A stretch of 39,704 nucleotides of DNA from Candidatus Woesearchaeota archaeon (GCA_964388875.1 CAYMCA010000001.1:309-40012); one strand, 5' to 3'. Positions 1 through 9,717 are shown, counted from the first letter of the stretch. Numbers and translations: made by a program. The notes: generated by a model from the sequence alone, not told the origin.

Positions 1-21
1 GTTGATTTGACAGTGTTGTGA

Positions 22-1191
22 TTGGGGTTTGTGTTGTTTGTATTCGCCGGCGTGCATGTGTTTATGACGACATCCCGGACAGTTAAAAAAGAGATAGCGC
101 CCGCAGTAGCAAAAACTGCAGAGAAAGTAGCATCAGGATTGACATCAGAAGCAGAAGCCGCAGAGGACTATCCAACATTGTCGGTTGCAGTAAGTGAGTA
201 TACATCGTGGAGCGCACTTCTAGTAGCTCATTTAAAAGGAATCATCAACGGCGGGAAGCACAAGGTTGGCCCCATTGAAAAAAAATGGAAGGTTGACGTA
301 GAGCTTATTGAAATGGATTATGACCCCTGCATGGCAGCATACGGCTCAGGTGAAGTGGACAGTGTTTGCATCACAAACATGGATGTTTTGAATTATGCAA
401 TTGGCAGGAAGTCTGTAGCAATTGCGCCGACATCAACAAGCTATGGCGCAGATGCCTTAATTGTCACAAATGACATCACAGACATAAAACAGCTTAAAGG
501 CAAGAATGTATACATGTTAGCAAAGAGTGTATCTGAATACGCATTTTGCGGTGGCTTAGAGTCTTTGGGAGAAAACCCCAATGATTACACAATTGTAAAC
601 ATGGACCCTGCAGCAGCTGCCCTTGCTATGCAACAGAGGCAAAAGGGGTATGATGCAATAATGGTATGGAACCCATTTGTCCTTGAAACCCTGAGAAAAC
701 GCAGTGATGTGCATGTCTTGTTTGACTCAAAATTAATTCCGGGTGAGATCCTTGATATGCTTGTTATAGGACAGGACTCTTTAAACAAACCGGGCGGCAA
801 GGAGTTTGCATGTGCTATAATTGACACGTTCTATGAAGTCAGCAAGATGATTGCAGACCCTGCCACGCACGACGATACAGTTGTTGCGCTTGGAGAGAAA
901 TTCTCACATCTCGGCCTGAAGGATATGGAAAAGGCGGTTGAGCACTCACCCTTCTTTGCAACCCCCGAACAGGGCATTAGCCTTTACACCAATGGAATAA
1001 TATGCCCTATGGGAAAAACCATAACAACCAAGACACTCAAGCCAATCATGGAGAAGGTTGTTGATGTATGTGTCAAGCGCGAGATTATCCCAAGCACTCC
1101 AAAAATAAAAGTCAGCTATGGCACAAAAGAGGATGACTCAAACTTAAGGTTTGATGCATCATTCATGCAGGAGGTGTTAAGCAAGCAATAA
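22..1191 (+). CDS. ABC transporter substrate-binding protein, NitT/TauT (NMT1-like) family; start uncertain (TTG 22 or ATG 64)
   Basis: 389 aa ORF directly upstream of a cognate permease and ATPase. The TTG start gives a hydrophobic N-terminus (GFVLFVFAGVHVF). EYTSWS...GPIEKKW...CITNMD blocks resemble NMT1/TauA-type periplasmic binding proteins as I remember them. Confidence 0.7.
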   Translation: MGFVLFVFAGVHVFMTTSRTVKKEIAPAVAKTAEKVASGLTSEAEAAEDYPTLSVAVSEYTSWSALLVAHLKGIINGGKHKVGPIEKKWKVDVELIEMDYDPCMAAYGSGEVDSVCITNMDVLNYAIGRKSVAIAPTSTSYGADALIVTNDITDIKQLKGKNVYMLAKSVSEYAFCGGLESLGENPNDYTIVNMDPAAAALAMQQRQKGYDAIMVWNPFVLETLRKRSDVHVLFDSKLIPGEILDMLVIGQDSLNKPGGKEFACAIIDTFYEVSKMIADPATHDDTVVALGEKFSHLGLKDMEKAVEHSPFFATPEQGISLYTNGIICPMGKTITTKTLKPIMEKVVDVCVKREIIPSTPKIKVSYGTKEDDSNLRFDASFMQEVLSKQ

Positions 1192-1217
1192 TATATAAAA
1201 CACCTCTTGTATAACCG

Positions 1218-1263
1218 CCTGCGGCTCAGCTAATTTTTTATTACTCTATGGCTGGGCCGCAGG
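1218..1263 (+). promoter_or_regulatory. Intercistronic stem-loop between SBP and permease genes
   Basis: CCTGCGGCTCAGC (1218-1230) pairs with GCTGGGCCGCAGG (1251-1263): 13 bp including one G-U, no T-run. Its position is typical of an mRNA-stabilising hairpin after an SBP gene. Confidence 0.4.
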
Positions 1264-1300
1264 CTCTACAAAACTTTACAAAAAATACAGGAGGTGCAAA

Positions 1301-2110
1301 ATGATAAGAGAGCCGATAAACAATAGATTGAGTATTGCTCTCGGCGTGATTTCTATTGCCTTGTTGTTAGCAGGATACACTTACATGTCTCACAAACAGC
1401 ATTTAAAAAATCCTGATGACAGGACAATACCAACATGGTCGCAATTGAGGCAGGGTGTTACAACTATCTTTAAGGTTGACAATCGTTCTCATCAGAGATG
1501 GATTGTTGTAGACTCAAAGTCAACAGGAATTAGGCTGTTTTTAGGATTGCTGTATGGTGTTCTTGGCTCAATAGTTCTTGGCTTGCTTATGGGATGTTTT
1601 CCAGCTATTGAGGCATTCTTTGTTCCGCCGCTTTCATTTCTGGCTAAATGCCCGCCAACAGCAATGCTTGCTGTTTTTTTTGTGTTGGTAGGCACAGGTG
1701 AAAACATGTTCATTACAATGATAGCGTTTGGCATATTGCCGACATTAGCACAGAGCATATACCTGGCAGCAAAAAAGGATGTTCCTGAGGAATTGTTGCA
1801 TAAGGCATACACATTAGGCGCATCAAACAGCGAGGCTATATTATGCATTGTCTACAGCCATATACTGCCAAAGATGATTGATGCAATAAGATTGTGCATA
1901 GGGCCTGCTGTTGTTTACCTGATTGCAGCAGAGATGTTATGCGCAAATACTGGGTTTGGCTACAGGATGAGGCTGCAATCAAGGTTATTGAACATGGATG
2001 TTGTTTATCCATATATAGCAATTCTCGCAGGCTTTGGCTTTGCAATGGATTATGCGCTTAAGCATCTTCAGAGGATTTGCTGCCCGTGGTATACAAGGGA
2101 GAGGGGGTGA
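1301..2110 (+). CDS. ABC transporter permease (BPD_transp_1 type, NitT/TauT family)
   Basis: 269 aa with multiple TM segments. SD caggagg lies 8 nt upstream. It sits between the SBP and ATPase genes. Confidence 0.8.
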   Translation: MIREPINNRLSIALGVISIALLLAGYTYMSHKQHLKNPDDRTIPTWSQLRQGVTTIFKVDNRSHQRWIVVDSKSTGIRLFLGLLYGVLGSIVLGLLMGCFPAIEAFFVPPLSFLAKCPPTAMLAVFFVLVGTGENMFITMIAFGILPTLAQSIYLAAKKDVPEELLHKAYTLGASNSEAILCIVYSHILPKMIDAIRLCIGPAVVYLIAAEMLCANTGFGYRMRLQSRLLNMDVVYPYIAILAGFGFAMDYALKHLQRICCPWYTRERG

Positions 2111-2116
2111 TTTGCC

Positions 2117-3097
2117 ATGACAAATATAGCTAATGTAAGCAGCATTAACGACATTGTCCTTGAATGCAAAGGCATCAGCCACTGGTTTGGAGCAAACAAT
2201 GTTTTGTATGATGTAAGCTTTAGGATTATCAGAGGAGAGATTGTTGCTATGGTTGGGCCTTCAGGATGCGGCAAATCTACCCTGTTGAAAGCAATTATAG
2301 GGACGCACCTGCCAAAACAAGGAAAGACAATTGTGTATTCTAATGGCAAAGAGGTTGTTGTAGAAAAACCCGGAAGGGACAGGGGAATTGTGTACCAAGC
2401 ATATTCCTTATTCCCATTCCTGACAGCACAAGAGAATGTTGCCCTTGGCTTGAAGCTAAGTGAGACAAACATTCCATTTAGATTTTTCATGTTTCCAAAA
2501 TGGTGGAAAATGAAAAAAGAGCATATGAGAAAATCAGCAGAGCTGCTGGAGAATCTTGGATTGAAAAATGCAATTTCAAGGTATCCTAACCAGATGTCAG
2601 GAGGCATGCAGCAAAGGGTGGCTGTGGCTCAGGCGTTAATCATGAAGCCAGAGATATTGCTGCTTGATGAGCCTTTCGGTGCTTTGGATGAGGCAACAAG
2701 GGAAGAGATGCAGAGGATGCTTCTTACACTCTATAATGAAAACTGCGATGCAATCAAAAGAAATGAGGAGCCAAAATATACAATGTTGATTGTGACGCAC
2801 GAATTGAACGAGGCAATCTATGTTGGAGACAGGGTTTTAGGATTGTCTCAGTATTGGAACTGGAAGAAGGAAGGACATGCGCAATGCCCCGGAGCTACAA
2901 TAGTCTATGACAAGGTTGCGCCTGTGTTTCTGCCTGATGCAGAAAGGGAGTTTGATAAATTTGCTCAGCAGCGAAGAGAGATAAGGGATGTTGTATTTGA
3001 GCAGTTCCTGACTGATAACTGCAGGCAATTTCTTCAGTTCTGGGAGCAGATAAAAGGCGGAGAAGGAAAGGGGGTGTTAGATAATGGCAATGCCTGA
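2117..3097 (+). CDS. ABC transporter ATP-binding protein
   Basis: Walker A GPSGCGKST, signature MSGGMQQRV, Walker B LLLDEPFGALD and H-loop VTHE. SD gagggggtga overlaps the permease stop. Confidence 0.9.
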   Translation: MTNIANVSSINDIVLECKGISHWFGANNVLYDVSFRIIRGEIVAMVGPSGCGKSTLLKAIIGTHLPKQGKTIVYSNGKEVVVEKPGRDRGIVYQAYSLFPFLTAQENVALGLKLSETNIPFRFFMFPKWWKMKKEHMRKSAELLENLGLKNAISRYPNQMSGGMQQRVAVAQALIMKPEILLLDEPFGALDEATREEMQRMLLTLYNENCDAIKRNEEPKYTMLIVTHELNEAIYVGDRVLGLSQYWNWKKEGHAQCPGATIVYDKVAPVFLPDAEREFDKFAQQRREIRDVVFEQFLTDNCRQFLQFWEQIKGGEGKGVLDNGNA

Positions 3098-4919
3098 AAT
3101 TAGATATGAATTTCTGGACAAGGCAGCAAGAATACTGAGCTTAGGGCAGTCAAGGAGCATCATCCTCACCGGGAATGTCCCTGACTTGTTTTATGTTCCT
3201 GGCGGCAATGGGGGAAAATATGTTCCTCTTATTGACTGGATGACAGAAAGGTGGAATCTGCCCGGCGAGCTTATAATTATTGTGTATGAGCTTAACAGCC
3301 CAATAAGGTTTGTCAGGGATTCTGACAAGGAGAAGATGGAGAAGGCGTGGCTCAAGCATATGGTAGGAATGACTGAAGATGAGCTGGCGATAAAAAGAGT
3401 AGCTGAGCCAAAAAAGATACAAAAGCTTATGGAAACACAGGGCAAGTACTTTGAGTCAACAATGAAAGAGGCAGACTCAAACTCAAAGGTTGCCATTGAG
3501 CTTCTGAAGCAGTTCTGCGAGTGCTCCCGCTCTAAGATTGATGGAAAGCCGCTCATGAAGGAAACCCTCTTGATAATCATTGATGGAATTGACGTGATGA
3601 TTCCTCCTGGTGAGATTTCAAGGATGGGCGAGGGAGACAGGTACAGAATAGGCGCTTTTCAGAACTGGTTTTCCGACCCTGAATTTATGAACGGCAGGGA
3701 CTCTGTAATCATGACTGCAGAGTCAAAAAGCCTTGTGAACAGGATTGTTGCAAACCTGCCGCAAATCATTGAGGTGGAGATTCCATCGCCAAACCAGGAG
3801 GCAAGAAAGCATTTTATCTCCTGGTTTAATGAGCAGCAGCCAGATGGCAGCAAGATTCAGCTTTGGAATAATGGAACAGAGGATGAGCTAGCAAAATCCA
3901 CAGCAGCGCTGTCAATCCATGCCCTGATGCAGCTTCTGAAAGGAGCTAATTTTGGAGGCAGGAAGCTTGAGCAAAGAGATGTCATTGACAAGGTAGGGGA
4001 TTATATCAAGAGCCAGCTAGGCGGAGAGGATATAGTTGAATTTGAAAAGCCCACCCATACGCTTGATGATGTTGTTGGCTATAGGAAGCTGAAGCAATTC
4101 TTTGTTGATGAGCTTATTCCATGGTTTGACTCAACAGGCTCTGATGCACTGACAGGAGTTGGGGTATGCGGGCCTCTTGGAAGCGGAAAAACCTATCAGT
4201 TCAAGGCAGTTGCCTCTATGCTCGGAAGGGTTGTCCTTGTGCTGAAAAACTTTCGCAGCAAGTGGTTTGGCGAGAGTGATGTAATAATGGAAAGGCTGAG
4301 GCGCATCCTCTATGCACTGGACAAGGCGCTCGTTTTTGTTGATGAGGCAGACACTGCATTTGGCGGAGTGTCTAAGGAAACGCATGAAACAGAAAGGCGC
4401 CTGACAGGGAAGATACAGCAAATGATGTCTGATACTGCCTTGAGAGGCAAGGTAATCTGGCTTCTGATGACAGCGAGGATACATTTGTTGTCTCCTGATA
4501 TGAGAAGGCCTGGCAGGCTTGACATGATTATCCCGATACTTGACCCAGAGGGAGATGACAGGACAGATTTCCTGAAATGGGTTTTGTCAGCAGGGCTTCA
4601 GGATTGCAAAGAAGAGGATGTCAAAGCGCTTGATGAGCTTACAAAAGGATATTCTGCAGCGAGCTTTGATGTTATCAGAAGGCTGGTTCTTAGGGACAAG
4701 CGCGGCGGCAGAAAGCTTGATATCACCAGGGTAAAGGAGATAGTCAAGGATTATATCCCGCCAGCAATCGGTGAAACAAGAAGGTATCAGACTCTTCAGG
4801 CACTGATAAACTGCACAAGAAGGAGCCTCCTGCCAAGCCCTGAAACCTATGACGAAGACAGAAAAAGATGGGAGCAGGAAATCAAGATGCTTGAGGCAAG
4901 GGGAATAACCGGAGACTAA
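3084..4919 (+). CDS. Classical AAA+ ATPase with a roughly 340 aa N-terminal region of unknown function
   Basis: Walker A GPLGSGKT, Walker B LVFVDEAD and second region of homology MRRPGRLD. The start overlaps the ABC ATPase stop by 14 nt. Confidence 0.85.
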   Translation: MAMPEIRYEFLDKAARILSLGQSRSIILTGNVPDLFYVPGGNGGKYVPLIDWMTERWNLPGELIIIVYELNSPIRFVRDSDKEKMEKAWLKHMVGMTEDELAIKRVAEPKKIQKLMETQGKYFESTMKEADSNSKVAIELLKQFCECSRSKIDGKPLMKETLLIIIDGIDVMIPPGEISRMGEGDRYRIGAFQNWFSDPEFMNGRDSVIMTAESKSLVNRIVANLPQIIEVEIPSPNQEARKHFISWFNEQQPDGSKIQLWNNGTEDELAKSTAALSIHALMQLLKGANFGGRKLEQRDVIDKVGDYIKSQLGGEDIVEFEKPTHTLDDVVGYRKLKQFFVDELIPWFDSTGSDALTGVGVCGPLGSGKTYQFKAVASMLGRVVLVLKNFRSKWFGESDVIMERLRRILYALDKALVFVDEADTAFGGVSKETHETERRLTGKIQQMMSDTALRGKVIWLLMTARIHLLSPDMRRPGRLDMIIPILDPEGDDRTDFLKWVLSAGLQDCKEEDVKALDELTKGYSAASFDVIRRLVLRDKRGGRKLDITRVKEIVKDYIPPAIGETRRYQTLQALINCTRRSLLPSPETYDEDRKRWEQEIKMLEARGITGD

Positions 4920-4953
4920 GCAAGCAGGAAGATTGTAAGCCAAGGAGCAATGA

Positions 4954-4995
4954 GGGCGGTGATATTTGCAGGGATTTTTTCACCGCCCTTTTTTT
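4954..4995 (+). terminator. Rho-independent terminator after the AAA+ gene
   Basis: GGGCGGTGA (4954-4962) pairs with TCACCGCCC (4980-4988), followed by T7. Confidence 0.7.
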
Positions 4996-5027
4996 AAATG
5001 CGCTAAAAAAGAGAGGAGGAAAGTAAA

Positions 5028-5279
5028 ATGGCAAATAACTTAAGCCAGGAGTTAGAAGGGAAATTTGTTGTTCTAAAAGCAGAAGAATATGGGAGAGACC
5101 AATTGAAGAGAATTTTCTTCTGCAGAGGCGGCTTTGGAACAAGCCCTAAGACAAACGGAAGTGCTATCTTTGGTTATTTTGTGTTTGACGGAGAAGATTG
5201 CAGAGTTGAAGGTTATGAAATAGAGAGATTTGCAACAGGCGACGAAGTTAAAGAAGCAGAGCGATTAAGAGGCAAATAA
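5028..5279 (+). CDS. Hypothetical protein (83 aa)
   Basis: SD aggaggaaagtaaaATG. No recognisable motif. Confidence 0.5.
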   Translation: MANNLSQELEGKFVVLKAEEYGRDQLKRIFFCRGGFGTSPKTNGSAIFGYFVFDGEDCRVEGYEIERFATGDEVKEAERLRGK

Positions 5280-5366
5280 AATAAATAAATTTAAGCAGGA
5301 TGAAATGGCTGCGGCTTTAGAACATTCATAATAAATTATCCCGGGCAGCAAAAGCAAAGAGCATGG

Positions 5367-5422
5367 AGAGGAGCAGTAAATCTTACATAAGATTATGCCA
5401 AAACTGCTCCTCTTGTTTTTTT
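5367..5422 (+). terminator. Rho-independent terminator
   Basis: AGAGGAGCAGT (5367-5377) pairs with ACTGCTCCTCT (5403-5413), then a T7 run at 5416-5422. Confidence 0.65.
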
Positions 5423-5474
5423 GACAAAATTCTTTTTTTGTAAAACAAAATTCTGGCTTAAAAAAGGAGATAAT

Positions 5475-5720
5475 ATGAAGAAGCTGAAAAAAGAAGATAA
5501 GAAAAAATTGAATTTATTTTTGCATGGAAATAGCAGGCAAATCTTAAAAGAGATAAACAGAATGTTTAATGTTAATATCCAAGAAGGCACTTTATACTGG
5601 CGTGAAATTGCTGAATTGTATGCAAAAACCAAAGATAGATTTGTAAAGATATTCATTGAAAGGCATCCGCAACTTGAAAGGGAAATAATAGAAGACATCA
5701 TAAAAAATCTGGATAAATGA
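5475..5720 (+). CDS. Hypothetical protein (81 aa); start moved to internal ATG
   Basis: SD aaggaga lies 6 nt before ATG 5475. The track start (TTG 5421) lies inside the preceding terminator T-run. Confidence 0.5.
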   Translation: MKKLKKEDKKKLNLFLHGNSRQILKEINRMFNVNIQEGTLYWREIAELYAKTKDRFVKIFIERHPQLEREIIEDIIKNLDK

Positions 5721-5737
5721 AAAAAAGGGGGGAAGAA

Positions 5738-5965
5738 ATGGCATATTTAAAAAATATTTTATACATCTTATTCTTGTTCTTGCCAGCTATTATTTTTGTG
5801 TGTCTTTCATTGATTTATCTTTTAAAAGAGCCGCTATGTGGCTTCAGCATGCTTCTTGTAATATTGTTTCTAAACATCTTATCATTAGTAATCAGCCCAT
5901 TCATTATGTTTTTTCTGCTAATTATCGGGGCATATTTTATCTTTGTAACTTTCAAAATAAAATAA
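5738..5965 (+). CDS. Small membrane protein (75 aa; alternative ATGA-overlap start at 5717)
   Basis: Two or three hydrophobic helices. SD ggggggaag precedes ATG 5738. Confidence 0.5.
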   Translation: MAYLKNILYILFLFLPAIIFVCLSLIYLLKEPLCGFSMLLVILFLNILSLVISPFIMFFLLIIGAYFIFVTFKIK

Positions 5966-5977
5966 AAGGAGGAATCA

Positions 5978-6607
5978 ATGAAAAATATAAAATTATGGTG
6001 CAACATATTCAAAAGCAGCATGTTTCCTTTTCTGTCTGTTTTGGTGGTGCTTTTTCTTCATGCCCGCTTGAGGAACATCCTGCCTGAAAAACAGTGCAAG
6101 CTTCTTGGCGGCACTGCCTTCTTAACCACAGCATTATTCCTGACATACTGGGTGCAGAAGCTATCCACCACAATCCTGCACTGGTATGGCGAGAACATAG
6201 CAATAAAAACCGCGACAAAGCTGGACGATGAGTTTATACCCTTGTTTAAGCATGTTGCCCGCATACTCGTCTGGGCAATAGGGCTGATAATTACACTCAG
6301 CCATTTTGGGGTGAACATCAATGCATTAATCACAACCCTTGGGGTAAGCTCGTTGGCAATCGCGCTTGCAGCTCAGGACACAATATCAAATATAATAGCA
6401 GGGTTTCTCATCATGGTTGACAGGCCTTTCAGGGTAGGGGATGAAATTCAGCTGCCATCCGGAGAAAAGGTTAGTGTTTTAAGCATAGGCGTTAGGCGTT
6501 CAAGGTTTCTCAACGCTGACAGAGCCATAGTTATCATGCCAAATCTTGAGCTTTCCAAAAGCAAGATTGTAAACTTCACTTATGGGAAAGAGGAAAGCAG
6601 TTGTTAG
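5978..6607 (+). CDS. MscS-family mechanosensitive channel, short form
   Basis: Block LGVSSLAIALAAQDTISNIIAGFLIMVDRPFRVGDEI is the typical MscS TM3 plus beta-domain. At 209 aa it ends just after the beta-domain. Confidence 0.8.
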   Translation: MKNIKLWCNIFKSSMFPFLSVLVVLFLHARLRNILPEKQCKLLGGTAFLTTALFLTYWVQKLSTTILHWYGENIAIKTATKLDDEFIPLFKHVARILVWAIGLIITLSHFGVNINALITTLGVSSLAIALAAQDTISNIIAGFLIMVDRPFRVGDEIQLPSGEKVSVLSIGVRRSRFLNADRAIVIMPNLELSKSKIVNFTYGKEESSC

Positions 6608-6642
6608 GGCAGGCTTGAATAAATAAAAGAGGGGAGCAAGAT

Positions 6643-6849
6643 ATGCCAATCATAATCCTGTTGCTTACTCCAGCAATATCAGCATGCGCGCTCTGGATGC
6701 TTGCCGGTTATATGCGCAGGCTGGAAAGAAGCACTGGGAGCGTGCCGCCTTATGTGCATTTTGCAGCAGTATCTTTTGCTGTAATTTTTCTTTTGTCAAT
6801 TGCAATATTGGCAATAATGCTGTGGGTAGCAGAGCTGTTTAAGTTATAG
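6643..6849 (+). CDS. Small membrane protein (68 aa)
   Basis: Two TM helices. SD gaggggag. Confidence 0.45.
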   Translation: MPIIILLLTPAISACALWMLAGYMRRLERSTGSVPPYVHFAAVSFAVIFLLSIAILAIMLWVAELFKL

Positions 6850-6892
6850 TGATGAAAAAAGAAGAAAAGAGCAAACAGAAAGGGGGTGGGTT

Positions 6893-7303
6893 GTGAATTA
6901 TAAAGAAACGCTGAAAGAAGCAGAGTTTTTCATGGAAAAAACAAATATCCGGGACTTATGCACAAATTTCTGCAAAGGAAAATGCTGCGCCGGATGTTAT
7001 GCAGGTGAAAATAGCTGCAAGGGAGAGGAAAGAAGGCTTTCTTGTTCTGTATGGCTATGCGGCGAACTCAAGGATATCTTGCAACCAGAGCTTAATCACT
7101 ATTATGGAATAATAGACAGGGTAGAAGAAGCGCTTGTAAAAGCAGGGCAGAAATGCAATGTTTATCACAATCGCCCGCCTCAGGATGTAAAAGACAGGTT
7201 TTTCTTTCAGGGCGAAGAGCTATTTTCCAACCCGGAAAAAATTGAGGCAATAAGGCGCAAGGTATACTCTCTGGTATGCCTTTTTAACAAAATGCGCGAG
7301 TGA
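6893..7303 (+). CDS. Cys-rich hypothetical protein (136 aa, GTG start)
   Basis: SD aagggggtgg. Cys cluster CTNFCKGKCCAGCYAGENSC...CSVWLC. Confidence 0.5.
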   Translation: MNYKETLKEAEFFMEKTNIRDLCTNFCKGKCCAGCYAGENSCKGEERRLSCSVWLCGELKDILQPELNHYYGIIDRVEEALVKAGQKCNVYHNRPPQDVKDRFFFQGEELFSNPEKIEAIRRKVYSLVCLFNKMRE

Positions 7304-7334
7304 GAAAAATGCAGAAATTAGAAAGGAGCAAGCC

Positions 7335-7598
7335 ATGAAAAAGCATTTTAATCTGGTGTCAGCGGTTATGCTGGCAATTATGTGTTTATGCCTGGCTTCA
7401 AGCGGCTGCGTAAATATTATTCTAAATAAGTTAGACCCTCCTAAAAGCATAACACTATACTCTGCAAATGGTGAAATAATCAAAACATGGAAGGGAAGGC
7501 TCAAGCCTGCTGATGGGATTCTCGTCAATTTTGAAACAGATGATGGCAGGAAAGTCAGCATCAGCGGGACAATTGTAATAGAAGAAATTCAAGAATAG
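7335..7598 (+). CDS. Lipoprotein (87 aa)
   Basis: Signal peptide with lipobox LASSGC. SD gaaaggag. Confidence 0.6.
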   Translation: MKKHFNLVSAVMLAIMCLCLASSGCVNIILNKLDPPKSITLYSANGEIIKTWKGRLKPADGILVNFETDDGRKVSISGTIVIEEIQE

Positions 7599-7615
7599 AA
7601 AAAGGAGAAATAAGA

Positions 7616-7996
7616 ATGAAAGATAAATTAATTCTGCTTGGCATTTTGATGGCTTTTGCATTGGGCGGCTGCATTGAGATGCAAGAAGTGAGCACAGAGG
7701 AAAAATATCCTGCAGTTGTCATAGGAAAGCCGATAAGCGTTGTGCCGAATGTAGGGGATAGCTTTGACTATATAGCAGTTGTTGTGGAAGTTGATGGCAA
7801 GTATGTTTTAGCTATTACAGATTTTGAAGATGACAGGGAGCTTACAGCAGCAATGGCTATAATTCAATCAGAAATCTCTGATGAAGACGAAGATGGGACA
7901 GTAGAGCTGAAAGGACATTATTCTAAGGATGAGAATGAAAAAGGCAGGTTCATAATGCAATATCTCAAGGCAAACGGGCTTGAGCTTGAGTTTTGA
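7616..7996 (+). CDS. Lipoprotein (126 aa)
   Basis: Signal peptide with lipobox ALGGC. SD aaaggag. Confidence 0.6.
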   Translation: MKDKLILLGILMAFALGGCIEMQEVSTEEKYPAVVIGKPISVVPNVGDSFDYIAVVVEVDGKYVLAITDFEDDRELTAAMAIIQSEISDEDEDGTVELKGHYSKDENEKGRFIMQYLKANGLELEF

Positions 7997-8055
7997 AAAA
8001 AGGATATTGAACAAGCAGAAGCAAAAAAGAACAAAACTAAAGAAAGGAAAAATCA

Positions 8056-8424
8056 ATGAAACCTAAAAGCCTGAAGGTTAGGATTAGGAAAATATTCAAA
8101 GATAACCTGGATGCAAGGTTCAATCCGGATAATGCTCTGAAGGTTGAAGGTAGAGATACATTTAAGATTAATGTTGAATGCTCACTTTGTCGAGTATTTC
8201 GTTCTGGTTTTGCGTGTACCTTTTGTCCTTTCAGGAAATTTGAAACAAAGCATGTTGAGGGTTGTGTGCGCTGGATAAGGCGTGTAACAAGAATACCCAT
8301 CAAATCGGGAAAGCTTGGGATTTGGTCAGATTGCATATGGTGGTACTCTGTTGACGACAAAGAAGCAAGGCAGCAGCTGAGCTTGCTCAGGAGAAGGGCA
8401 GAAAAACTAATCACCTGGGTGTAG
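8056..8424 (+). CDS. Hypothetical Cys-containing protein (122 aa)
   Basis: Contains CSLCRVF...CTFCPF...GC. Weak SD gaaagga. Confidence 0.5.
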   Translation: MKPKSLKVRIRKIFKDNLDARFNPDNALKVEGRDTFKINVECSLCRVFRSGFACTFCPFRKFETKHVEGCVRWIRRVTRIPIKSGKLGIWSDCIWWYSVDDKEARQQLSLLRRRAEKLITWV

Positions 8425-8503
8425 AAATAAGCCCTCGGCAGTATTAGGCGATTTACAAATTGCAAATAGCAAAAACAAGAAAGAAATTAGAAAGGAGTAT
8501 TCT

Positions 8504-9211
8504 GTGAACATAATAGACATAATCAAGATAGGCGGCAAGATAAGCAAGATAAACAAGAACACGCTCGTGATTTCTGCGCTGTGCGTGGCAAGCATTCTTT
8601 TGTGGAACACACTGCTGATTTATCCCTTAAAGCTTCTTGTTGTTTTGATGCATGAAACAAGCCATGCTGTCGCAGCCCTTGCAACAGGCGGGCATGTGGA
8701 GAGGATTAGCGTGAATATTCTGCAGGGCGGGGTGACATACACAAAAGGCGGGAACAGCTTTCTTATTTTGAGCGCAGGGTATTTAGGCTCATCGCTGATA
8801 GGCGCATTGATTTTGTGGGCGTCAACAAGAAAGCCGTGGAAAGAATATCTGGCAGAGGTGTTTGGGTTGCTGATAATCCTAGAGTCAATCTTCTGGGTGA
8901 GGGACTCTTTTACATTCTTCTTTGCTGTTGTTATGGGCGCTGCCTGCATCTTTATCGGCACAAAAATAAAAGGCATATTTGAAAGGCTGTTCATGCAGCT
9001 GGTTGGAACAGTCTGCTGCCTTTATGCTGTCTATGACATATTCTCTGACATCCTGAGCTTAAGGATTCTAAGCGGGCAGGGAAAGAATGATGCCCAGGCG
9101 CTTGCGCAGCTGACGCATATCCCTGCTTTTATCTGGGGCGCAGCATGGATAGCAATAGCCTCTGTGATTTTCCTCTGCGTGATGAAAAACATCAGCAAAA
9201 CCGAGGAATAA
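8504..9211 (+). CDS. M50B-like integral-membrane metallopeptidase
   Basis: HETSH (HExxH) sits inside a TM helix and is followed by ATGGHVERISV...GGVTY, as in the Peptidase_M50B family. GTG start with SD gaaaggag. Confidence 0.75.
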   Translation: MNIIDIIKIGGKISKINKNTLVISALCVASILLWNTLLIYPLKLLVVLMHETSHAVAALATGGHVERISVNILQGGVTYTKGGNSFLILSAGYLGSSLIGALILWASTRKPWKEYLAEVFGLLIILESIFWVRDSFTFFFAVVMGAACIFIGTKIKGIFERLFMQLVGTVCCLYAVYDIFSDILSLRILSGQGKNDAQALAQLTHIPAFIWGAAWIAIASVIFLCVMKNISKTEE

Positions 9212-9239
9212 AAATAAAATATTGAGAGGAGTGGGTGAG

Positions 9240-9482
9240 ATGAGAGTTATAAAAAAGATTATTTTTCTGTTTTTGCTTTTAATGATAGCAAGCATAATGA
9301 GCATTATTTTCTTAGCGATTTTCACCGGAGGGCTTTTCTTAATAAGCAAGGCAGCTGAAGTAAGCAGGGTAGATTGGTGCTTTTTATTGACCTTGTTTAT
9401 GATTGCGGTGCTTATCTGCATAAAATATGCTTTTGACAGGCTCTTTGTGCACAGCTGCCAAAAAACTGAAAGGGGTGGGTGA
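9240..9482 (+). CDS. Small membrane protein, tandem paralogue 1 (80 aa)
   Basis: Starts MRVIKK. Its 25 nt initiation region (9231-9255) is identical to 9475-9499. Confidence 0.55.
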   Translation: MRVIKKIIFLFLLLMIASIMSIIFLAIFTGGLFLISKAAEVSRVDWCFLLTLFMIAVLICIKYAFDRLFVHSCQKTERGG

Positions 9483-9483
9483 G

Positions 9484-9717
9484 ATGAGAGTTATAAAAAC
9501 ATTAATAGAGTTTGTTTCTCTAATTTTGTTTATATTAGGAACAAACATAGGTGTTTTGGCACTCGTGGTAGGATGGGCTATGTTACTAGAAAAAGCAGAA
9601 TCAGCAAGAAACTTTGAATCATTTTTTCTGTTATGCCTGTCATTTCCATTTGCGCTTTTAACTTTTGGCGCTATAGTAAGTTGTGTTTTTGACAAGCTTT
9701 CTTCAAAGAAGTGGTGA
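9484..9717 (+). CDS. Small membrane protein, tandem paralogue 2 (77 aa)
   Basis: Starts MRVIKT and shares the initiation region with 9240. Confidence 0.55.
   Translation: MRVIKTLIEFVSLILFILGTNIGVLALVVGWAMLLEKAESARNFESFFLLCLSFPFALLTFGAIVSCVFDKLSSKKW

Noticed and set aside
5014-5031. GGAGGAAAGT strings (also at 28571 and 35171) as the RNase P RNA P4 motif GAGGAAAGUCC.
   Set aside because: The match ends after AAAGT. Each instance sits 7 nt before a start codon and is simply a Shine-Dalgarno region.
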